Positions 56,828-64,000 of a stretch of 64,000 nucleotides of DNA are shown here, one piece after another; position 1 is the first letter of the stretch, and every line of letters starts with the position of its first letter. The stretch comes from Sphingopyxis sp. (GTDB lineage: Bacteria > Pseudomonadota > Alphaproteobacteria > Sphingomonadales > Sphingomonadaceae). The notes below the pieces were generated by a model. It searched no databases. It had not been told where the DNA came from and worked only from the letters and a program-made list of their open reading frames with translations. The stretch spans positions 33,930-97,929 of the forward strand of contig NZ_JAEULM010000016.1 of assembly GCF_016793825.1 (NCBI RefSeq), given 5' to 3'. The position numbers and the translations under genes were made by a program.

Positions 56828-57775
56828 ATGGAAAAAAGAAAAATCACGCTGATCGGTGCGCCCGTGGAATTGGGCGCCGGCCTGCGCGGCTGCGCAATGG
56901 GACCAAGCGCGATGCGTATTTCGGACCTTGCGGCCACCCTTGCCGCCCTTGGACATGATGTGGCCGATGACGGCGATGCCGAGCCCGTGGCAGTGTCCGA
57001 CATCGGCTTGCGCGGCAACGCGCGGAACGCGGAAAATATCGTCGGCTGGGCACGCGCGCTTGAAGACGCCGCGTACAGGACGTTGAAGGCCGGGCGCCTG
57101 CCCCTGTTCATGGGTGGCGATCATGCGCTCGCGATCGGAAGCGTCTCCGGCGCTGCCCGGCATGCGCGCGAGTTAGGGCGTCCGCTTTGCGTTGTCTGGC
57201 TCGATGCGCATGCGGATTTCAACACGCCGGCCACCTCCGAATCGGGGAACATGCACGGTATGCCTGTCGCCTTTTATTGCGGTGAACCGGGTTTTGACGG
57301 CATTCTGGGCCACGATCGGGCGACTGTCGATCCCGGCAATGTTTTCATGCTCGGCATCCGGTCGGTCGATGAGCGCGAGCGCCAGCTGATCGCGGAGCGC
57401 GGCGTGCAGGTTTTCGACATGCGCGCGATCGACGAATTCGGCGTGGCGCCGATCGTCCGCCGTATCCTTGCCCATGTCGAGCGACTGGGCGCACTGCTTC
57501 ACGTCAGTCTCGATGTTGACTTCCTCGATCCGTTCATTGCACCGGGCGTCGGGACAACGGTCAGTGGCGGCGCCAATCTTCGCGAGGCGCACTTGATCAT
57601 GGAGATGCTCTGCGAATCGGGCCTCACGACTTCCATGGATCTCGCCGAACTCAACCCCTATCTCGACAATCGCGGAAAAAGTGCGCGCCTGCTGACTGAT
57701 CTCACCGCCAGTCTTTTCGGACGCAAGGTGCTCGACAAGGCTGCCATCCACTCGTCGCTGGTGCACCATTTTTGA
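56828..57775 (+). CDS. rocF: Arginase
   Basis: Mn ligands in GGDHALAIG, DAHADFN, HGMP, SLDVDFLDP, and ELNP. Start MEKRKI (56828). Confidence 0.95.
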   Translation: MEKRKITLIGAPVELGAGLRGCAMGPSAMRISDLAATLAALGHDVADDGDAEPVAVSDIGLRGNARNAENIVGWARALEDAAYRTLKAGRLPLFMGGDHALAIGSVSGAARHARELGRPLCVVWLDAHADFNTPATSESGNMHGMPVAFYCGEPGFDGILGHDRATVDPGNVFMLGIRSVDERERQLIAERGVQVFDMRAIDEFGVAPIVRRILAHVERLGALLHVSLDVDFLDPFIAPGVGTTVSGGANLREAHLIMEMLCESGLTTSMDLAELNPYLDNRGKSARLLTDLTASLFGRKVLDKAAIHSSLVHHF

Positions 57776-58257
57776 CGAACAAGGCCTCGGTCGATCCGGG
57801 ATCGATACGCCAAGTGCCACGCGGAGCCGCCAAATACGCTTTCGGCTCGTCCAGAGACGGGTTCGAGACCTTCTGCGGCGATTATCCATGCCATATCGGC
57901 GGTTCTTCGACCCGAAACGGGGGCGGGTCTGGCTCGGCCGTCGATTGTCACGATCGGCGGGGCAATCCGGATTTCATCGGGCCGCGACATAGCGCGCCGC
58001 GTTTGATCGCCAGATGGATTTGGCAGCTCCGGCGTCGAGCTTTTCGAATCCGCGGCACGGGCAGGGGCAGGGTCGGGTCGACGGGCGACAAGCCGGTCAT
58101 TCTGCGCGCCGCGCGACCGAAATCGACCAGATCATATGAAAATACTATGCGAGGCGGCATTTCATTCTCTCGAATTCAAACGCGCCCCGCTCCTATTCGG
58201 TAGCCCGCAGACGACTCGTGCCACGTCCCGTGGCCAGCGCCTTGCTGGAGCAACACC

Positions 58258-58344
58258 ATGCAGGATCTCATCTGGGTCGGCATCACCCTCACTCTCCTCG
58301 CCGCGAGCCTCGGTTATGCGCGGCTGCGCGCATCTGGGTGGTGA
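58258..58344 (+). CDS. 28-aa single-TM peptide resembling the small ORF that precedes kdpFABC
   Basis: GGAG RBS at 58247-58250, then MQDLIWVGITLTLLAASLGYARLRASGW*. It is below the ORF-track cutoff, and the similarity is recalled rather than searched. Confidence 0.5.
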   Translation: MQDLIWVGITLTLLAASLGYARLRASGW

Positions 58345-58594
58345 CCGCGAATAGCCCGGCATCACCGCGACAGGCACCATCTTTGCGTCCACTGCATTCT
58401 GGTGCCCATGACCGAGCAACCGATACCGTAGCGTAAACTGTTGCTTTTTGGTCACTAATACAGGGAAAATTGGTCGTTTTCTCGCGCGCGCGTTGACGCG
58501 GGAAGGCGGTTGGCTACAGCGGCCGCCACCGTCGGCATCTCCCACCTAGGTCCTATTGGACCTGCGCTTGGCGGTTTTGGAGAGAGAAACCATC

Positions 58595-61246
58595 ATGAAT
58601 TTGCGCAACATCTTGTTGGGCGCCACCATGCTGTGCGCCGCGACCACCCCCGTTTTCGCCTTTGCGCAGGACGCCACTCCCGCCGACGATGCGGCGGCGG
58701 CCGACACGACCGACTATGGCAACGAGATCATCGTGACCGCGTCGAAGCGTTCGCAGACGCTGCAGGATACGCCGATCGCGGTCTCGGTCACCTCCGCCGC
58801 CGATCTTCAGAACGCCCAGATCCGCGACCTCATCGACCTCCAGTCGGCGGTCCCCAGTCTGCGCGTCTCGCAGCTTCAGTCGAGCGCGAACACCAACTTC
58901 ATCATCCGCGGTTTCGGCAATGGCGCGAACAACGCGGGCATCGAGCCTTCGGTCGGTGTTTTCATCGACGGCGTCTATCGTTCGCGCTCGGCCGCCCAGA
59001 TCGGCGACCTTCCGAACGTCGAACGGATCGAAGTGTTGCGGGGCCCGCAGTCGACGCTGTTCGGCAAGAACGCATCGGCAGGCGTGATCAGCATTGTCAC
59101 GCAAAAGCCGCAGTATGAATTCGGCGGTTCGGTCGAGGCGAGCTATGGCAATTACGACGCCATCGTCCTCAAGGGCAACATCACCGGCCCGATCAGCGAC
59201 ACCGTCGCCTTTTCGCTCGGCGCCAACTTCAACCGTCGCGACGGTTATGCGCAGGACTTGAAGCTGAACACCGATGTCAACGACCGCAACCGCTGGGGCG
59301 TTCGTGGACAGTTGCTGTTCGAACCGACCGACGCGCTGTCGATCCGCCTGATCGGCGACTATGACAAGATCGACGAGAATTGCTGCATCGCGGGCAACGT
59401 CATCGCCGGCCCGACGGTCGCGATCACCAACGCGCTTGCTGGCGGCGCCAGCGTCGATGCCAACAACCCGTTCTCGTACAAGGTTTACAACAACTTCCTG
59501 TCGTCGAACGAGATCGAGAACTACGGCGGATCGGCCCAGATCGACTATGAAATGGGCAGCCTTGGGCTGACCTCGATCACCGCCTATCGTCAGGTGCGTG
59601 CGCTCACCAACCAGGATTCGGATTTCACCGGTGCGGACCTGATCGGGGAGAACAGCCAGAATCTGGGCATCGATACCTTCACCCAGGAGTTCCGGGTCAC
59701 TTCGGACTTCGACGGTCCGCTCAACTTCCTGCTCGGCGGCTATTATTTCAACGAGAAGATCAAGCAGAAGAACGATATCCGCTTCGGCGCGGATTTCCGT
59801 CCCTATGCCGGCGCGCTGATCAATCCGGCTGCGGTTCTGACGTCGCCGAATCCGCGCGCTGCCGGAAATGCGGTGGTCGCGGGCCTCGAGCAGCAGATCG
59901 GCGGGATCCTCGGCAATCCGGCACTTTATGCCGGCCAGTTCTTCCGGCAGGGGGACGGTCTCGACGAATCTTACCGCATGAAGGACGAAGCCTTCTCGAT
60001 CTTCGGAACGGTCGATTTCGAGGTCACTGACCGACTGACCCTCACGATCGGCGCGAACTATACGAAGGACCGCAAGCGTTTCTCGACCAATGTGATCAGC
60101 AGCGACGTCTTCTCGGGCCTCGATCTGGTCGGCATCGGGCGGACCGCCATCACTCAGCAGGGCATCGCCACGACGGTGGGCAACGCCCTGGGTCTGGGGC
60201 GTCTTGCAACCGCGGCCGAGATCGGAGCCTTTGCCCAGGCGCAGCCCGCCGCCTTCGGTCAGATCAACGCCGGGGCAGCGGCTTTCGCCGCGGCGAACCA
60301 GAATAATGCGGCGGTTAATCCGCTGCTGGCGCTCCGGCCGCTGCAGTTCCTGCCGCCGTTCCTCAACGTTCCGAACGCTGTCGAGCCCGGCAAGACGAAT
60401 GACGGCGATCTGTCGTACAGCGTGCGTGCCGCGTATGAGCTGACCGATACGGTCAATGTCTATGCGACCTATGCGACGGGCTTCAAGGCAAGCTCGGTCA
60501 ACCTTTCGCGCGACAGCCGGCCGACGGCGGCCGACCTGTCGGGGATCATCGCGGGCGGCCTCGGCGTTCCGAACCTGGTTTCGGGCTCGCGCTTCGCCGC
60601 TCCTGAGGAATCGACGGTCTATGAGTTCGGGCTGAAGGGCCAGTGGTCGGTCGCGGCGGTGAACATCGCGGTGTTCAAGCAGTCGATCAAGGGCTTCCAG
60701 TCGAACGTCTTCACCGGGACGGGCTTTGCGCTCGCCAATGCCGGCAAGCAGTCGACCTTCGGTATCGAGTTCGACGGTTCGGTGCGCCCGGTGGACGGCC
60801 TCAACCTGACGCTGGCCGCGACGTATCTCGATGCCAAGTACGACAGCTTCGTGAACTCGGCATTCGGCGATATCTCGGGCACCACGCCCGCCGGTATTCC
60901 CGAACTGTCGCTGTCGGTCGGCGGAACCTACACCTACGAATTCGCAGGCGGGACCAAGGCGATCGCGCATGTCGATTATGCTTATGAAAGCCCGGTCCAG
61001 ATCGTCGAAGGCCTGACCGGCTTCCCCGCCAGCGTCGCGAAGAATCTGAAGCGTGAAGTGAACCAGCTCAATGCCTCGTTCACCGTTGCGCTGACGAACG
61101 GTTTCGAGCTGGGCGTGTGGGGCCGTAACCTCACCAATGCGCAGTATCTGACGACGATCTTCCCCGCGGTTGCCCAGTCGGGCAGCGTATCGGGCTACCC
61201 CAGCCAGCCGCGCACCTACGGCGTGACTGGTCGCTTCAAATTCTGA
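58595..61246 (+). CDS. TonB-dependent receptor
   Basis: Signal peptide, EIIVTASKR, IRGFG, EVLRGPQSTLFGKNA, terminal PRTYGVTGRFKF. Start MNLRNI (58595). Confidence 0.96.
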   Translation: MNLRNILLGATMLCAATTPVFAFAQDATPADDAAAADTTDYGNEIIVTASKRSQTLQDTPIAVSVTSAADLQNAQIRDLIDLQSAVPSLRVSQLQSSANTNFIIRGFGNGANNAGIEPSVGVFIDGVYRSRSAAQIGDLPNVERIEVLRGPQSTLFGKNASAGVISIVTQKPQYEFGGSVEASYGNYDAIVLKGNITGPISDTVAFSLGANFNRRDGYAQDLKLNTDVNDRNRWGVRGQLLFEPTDALSIRLIGDYDKIDENCCIAGNVIAGPTVAITNALAGGASVDANNPFSYKVYNNFLSSNEIENYGGSAQIDYEMGSLGLTSITAYRQVRALTNQDSDFTGADLIGENSQNLGIDTFTQEFRVTSDFDGPLNFLLGGYYFNEKIKQKNDIRFGADFRPYAGALINPAAVLTSPNPRAAGNAVVAGLEQQIGGILGNPALYAGQFFRQGDGLDESYRMKDEAFSIFGTVDFEVTDRLTLTIGANYTKDRKRFSTNVISSDVFSGLDLVGIGRTAITQQGIATTVGNALGLGRLATAAEIGAFAQAQPAAFGQINAGAAAFAAANQNNAAVNPLLALRPLQFLPPFLNVPNAVEPGKTNDGDLSYSVRAAYELTDTVNVYATYATGFKASSVNLSRDSRPTAADLSGIIAGGLGVPNLVSGSRFAAPEESTVYEFGLKGQWSVAAVNIAVFKQSIKGFQSNVFTGTGFALANAGKQSTFGIEFDGSVRPVDGLNLTLAATYLDAKYDSFVNSAFGDISGTTPAGIPELSLSVGGTYTYEFAGGTKAIAHVDYAYESPVQIVEGLTGFPASVAKNLKREVNQLNASFTVALTNGFELGVWGRNLTNAQYLTTIFPAVAQSGSVSGYPSQPRTYGVTGRFKF

Positions 61247-61291
61247 TCGCGTCCGGGGCGGCACGCACCCCGGCGCTTTCGGACAAAAAGA

Positions 61292-61321
61292 AGCCCGGCC
61301 TCTCGTTCGAGAGGCCGGGCT
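61292..61321. terminator. Bidirectional rho-independent terminator
   Basis: 13-bp stem AGCCCGGCCTCTC / GAGAGGCCGGGCT with a 4-nt loop, preceded by an A-run and followed by a T-run, between convergent genes. Confidence 0.9.
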
Positions 61322-61340
61322 ATTTTCGTTTTGGATGTGA

Positions 61341-64000
61341 TTAGAATTTGATGCCGGCACCGATGCCATAGCGGCGCGGTTCCAGCGTGAAGATGTTGGT
61401 GAACAGGCCCGACGACTGATCGGTCAGATACAGACCCGTCGTCGCGTTGCTGTCGAAGATGTTCTGAATAAAGCCGCGGACGTACCAGCGATCGCTGTCG
61501 CCGTTGAGCTGGATCTGGGCGTTTGCCTGCGCATAACCCTTCACCTTGTTCACCCGGCCGTTGAAGATGTTGCCATAGCTGTCGCCCGTGTAGGTCAGAT
61601 CCATGCGTGGGACGAGTGACATGCCGCTGCTGAAGTGGATCGTATGCTGAACGCCGGCCGAGAATTTGACATTCGGTGCCTGCGGCAGCTTGTTCCCCTT
61701 GATGCTGATCGGCACGCCGCCGCCATAAGCAGTGATGGCGCCGTTGGTCCCCGCCGCGGCCGCAACCAGCGCGTCGCAGCTCGAGAACGCACCGCTGCCT
61801 GCGCCGAGACCCGAGTCCGACGGGAACGGCGTCGGACCGCGCAGCCCGGTAGCCGCCGTCAGCCCCTTGCTCGCGTTGATGCCGTTGTTGACCGCCGTGA
61901 CGAAAGCATCCGCCGCCGCCTGGCCGCCGACATTGGCGACGATCGCGCAGTTGAATGCCTGGCCGATGTCCTTGATGATCACCGAGTTCGGCAGGCCGCC
62001 CGAGGGATCACGCTGGTTGATGAACAGCGTATCGTCCGTCACCTTGGTGTTCAGATAGCTGAAGCCGAGGTTGATCAGCCAATCCGGATCGGGGCGGATG
62101 ATGCCTTCCGCTTCGAAGCCCCAGATGTCGGCGTCGACGTTATCGTTGAGCGACGTACGCGCGACGATACGGCTGAGCTGCAGGCCTTTGTACTTGTAGT
62201 AGAAGCCGGTCAGGTTCAGCTGAAGCGCCCCGTTGCCGAAGGTGTTCTTTGACCCGATTTCGAATGCATCGACGATTTCCGAATCGAAGGATTCGGTCAC
62301 ACCCGGGATGATCACCTGCAAGGCCGGATTGATACCGCCCGATTTGTAGCCGCGCGAATAGGACGCATAGAGCAGATTGTCGTCGGTGATCTTGAAATCG
62401 ACGACGGCGCGGCCAGTCACTTCGTCGAACTTGAACGTCCGGTCGCGGAACATCTGGGCGCCGGGGAGCCCCGTTGCACCGGTGTCGGCGTCGAACGTCC
62501 CCGCATAGGGCGAGTTGAAGATCGAGCCGGTGGTGCCATAGGGCACAAGGAAGTTCGCGAGCGTCGAGTTCGATATGTCGTGCTTCTTGTCGTTGTTATA
62601 CCGGACGCCAACGGTGAACTTCAGTCGGTCGCTCGCTTCGAAATAGGCTTCGCCAAAAATCCCGTAGGATGTGAGCTTGAACACCTCGTCGTGGTTCTTG
62701 AAGTAGGGCGATCCCAGATAGGATGGCGGAAGGCCCCGCGACAGGGCGGTGAAGGTGCCGAACAGCGAAGCGAAATAGTCGATCGCGAAGGCGTTGATGT
62801 AATAATCGCCGTTCGTCGTCTTCGACTGCGAATAGATACCGCCGAGAAGGAAGTTGAACGGTCCGTCGAAGTCGCTGGTGATGATGGATTCCGCCGCCCA
62901 GCTTTCGTTCTTCGCCACCGAGCGGTCGAACGCGAGGGGACCTGCGCCGCAGACGCCGTCGCCGCCGAAAACGCCAAGACCGTTCGGATTGGTGTTCGAC
63001 GTGCAGAGTTGACCGGCCGGTCCATCGGGAATCAGCGCGGCCGCGATCGGTGCGAAATAGGCGTTGGTGCCGGGCAGCCCCGGAATGCCGTTCGCAGCAA
63101 GGAAGGCCAGCGAATTCAGGCCCTGCTGAAGCGGCGCGCGGCTGGCGACGTCGAGGTTATAGTCCTGCCGCGAATCGATGCGGGTACGCTGGTAGATGCC
63201 CGTCAAGCCGACGTTGATCGTGCCGAAGCTGTGATCAAGATGCGCTTGTGCCTGAATTTCGTCGGTGAAATACTCGGGCGTGAAATCGGTGTTGACCGTC
63301 CGGACGTCTTCGGGCTCGACCGTGCCGGCGTTTGCGTCGGGGCCATAGAGGCTACCCACGCCAAGACCAAGCAGCGGTGAAATGCCGTTGAGGCCGAACA
63401 CTTCGCGCGAACCCAGCACGCTGGGGAAGGTGGAGTTGCCGTTCACCTTGCCATATTCACGGCGGTTGTTGAGGCAGCCGAGCACGCCTGTCGGATCGCG
63501 CTGACAGAGCTGCTTCTGGATGCGCAGACGGTCATCCTTTTCGCGGAAATAATAACCCATCAGGTCGATCGTCGTGTCGGGGCCGGGTTCCCACCGCAGC
63601 GATCCGCGGATCGCGTACATATCGCGGCCGTCGATATGGCTGTTGTCGAACAGGTTCTTCGTATAGCCGCCCCGCTTCAGATAGAAGCCCGCGACACGAG
63701 CGGCAAAGGTATCTCCCAGCGGGATGTTGACCATCCCTTTGACCTTATAGGCGTCGAAGTTGCCATATTCGCCATCGACGGCCGCCTGGAACTGGCCGGG
63801 CTTGGGCTTGGCCGTGACGAAGTTGACCACGCCCGAGGTGGCATTGCGTCCGAACAGGGTGCCTTGCGGTCCGCGCAGGACCTCGATGCGCTCAAGATCG
63901 AAATACTCCGTTTCGAAGAGGCGCGTGCCGAAAAGCGGCGAGCCGTTCACATGGATCGCGGTCGCACTGTCGCAACTGAAGCCGACGCAAAGGTCGCCGA
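61341..64000 (-). CDS. TonB-dependent receptor (5' end outside the window)
   Basis: EVLRGPQGTLFGRNATSG, SYSRGYKSGG, terminal PRRYGIGAGIKF. The frame stays open to the window edge. Confidence 0.95.
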   Translation of the reverse strand, partial: GDLCVGFSCDSATAIHVNGSPLFGTRLFETEYFDLERIEVLRGPQGTLFGRNATSGVVNFVTAKPKPGQFQAAVDGEYGNFDAYKVKGMVNIPLGDTFAARVAGFYLKRGGYTKNLFDNSHIDGRDMYAIRGSLRWEPGPDTTIDLMGYYFREKDDRLRIQKQLCQRDPTGVLGCLNNRREYGKVNGNSTFPSVLGSREVFGLNGISPLLGLGVGSLYGPDANAGTVEPEDVRTVNTDFTPEYFTDEIQAQAHLDHSFGTINVGLTGIYQRTRIDSRQDYNLDVASRAPLQQGLNSLAFLAANGIPGLPGTNAYFAPIAAALIPDGPAGQLCTSNTNPNGLGVFGGDGVCGAGPLAFDRSVAKNESWAAESIITSDFDGPFNFLLGGIYSQSKTTNGDYYINAFAIDYFASLFGTFTALSRGLPPSYLGSPYFKNHDEVFKLTSYGIFGEAYFEASDRLKFTVGVRYNNDKKHDISNSTLANFLVPYGTTGSIFNSPYAGTFDADTGATGLPGAQMFRDRTFKFDEVTGRAVVDFKITDDNLLYASYSRGYKSGGINPALQVIIPGVTESFDSEIVDAFEIGSKNTFGNGALQLNLTGFYYKYKGLQLSRIVARTSLNDNVDADIWGFEAEGIIRPDPDWLINLGFSYLNTKVTDDTLFINQRDPSGGLPNSVIIKDIGQAFNCAIVANVGGQAAADAFVTAVNNGINASKGLTAATGLRGPTPFPSDSGLGAGSGAFSSCDALVAAAAGTNGAITAYGGGVPISIKGNKLPQAPNVKFSAGVQHTIHFSSGMSLVPRMDLTYTGDSYGNIFNGRVNKVKGYAQANAQIQLNGDSDRWYVRGFIQNIFDSNATTGLYLTDQSSGLFTNIFTLEPRRYGIGAGIKF

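Larger units (their letters stand above)
43984..58344. mobile_element. Probable accessory genomic island downstream of tRNA-Phe (no integrase seen)
   Basis: It begins immediately after a tRNA 3' end, holds self-contained catabolic modules with their own regulators and transporters, and has long non-coding flanks. Boundaries are approximate. Confidence 0.5.

Noticed and set aside
57772-58203. 143-aa ORF overlapping the arginase stop
   Set aside because: No motifs and atypical composition; treated as non-coding or scar DNA.
43984-58560. attR direct repeat of the tRNA-Phe 3' end, or an integrase gene
   Set aside because: No copy of TCCCCGGGCACCA was found by eye. GGTTCGA-like matches near 57860 and 57905 do not extend, and no tyrosine-recombinase motifs appear in any ORF.
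1845-63380. Many long antisense or off-frame ORFs (e.g. 1845-3251, 14617-17625, 34186-36174, 53179-54882, 58553-61369)
   Set aside because: They shadow well-supported genes on the other strand or frame, are Arg/Ala-rich and lack motifs, as expected in high-GC DNA.
1-64000. CRISPR array, rRNA, prophage or IS element
   Set aside because: No regularly spaced repeats, rRNA-like sequence, phage genes or transposases were seen.

Overview
High-GC alphaproteobacterial chromosome segment. Gene content and repeat families point to Sphingomonadaceae, probably Sphingopyxis-like (inference). It has five parts. (1) 1-20.8 kb, core metabolism: glpK, a DEAD-box helicase, an MFS transporter, two alpha/beta hydrolases, an abbreviated arginine succinyltransferase cluster (M20 hydrolase-astA-astB), malate synthase G, a Rap1a-like protein, a GMC oxidoreductase, a short TrhO, a secreted caspase-like protein and trxB. 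(2) 20.9-41.8 kb, a large exosortase A (XrtA/PEP-CTERM) exopolysaccharide locus. It is flanked on the left by an acyl-carrier-protein tailoring module (ACP, adenylating ligase, PLP decarboxylase, GNAT, two hydrolases) and on the right by a GNAT plus JmjC dioxygenase pair. (3) 41.9-44.0 kb, the conserved infA-maf-RNase E/G-yacG-tRNA-Phe(GAA) block, in which the RNase gene carries a +1 frameshift. (4) About 44-58.3 kb, an integrase-less accessory island after tRNA-Phe. It holds an uncharacterised catabolic unit (LysR, Adc-like, GNAT, ALDH, M20 amidohydrolase, POT transporter; SDR, MFS, TonB receptor) and Lrp-ocd-arginase, and ends near a stranded kdp-leader-like peptide. (5) Two convergent TonB-dependent receptors. 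The best candidates for undescribed biology are the ACP/decarboxylase/JmjC/GNAT set around the XrtA locus, which resembles a butirosin-type side-chain pathway applied to surface glycan, and the tRNA-Phe island catabolic unit. All family assignments come from motif recognition by eye; no database searches were run.
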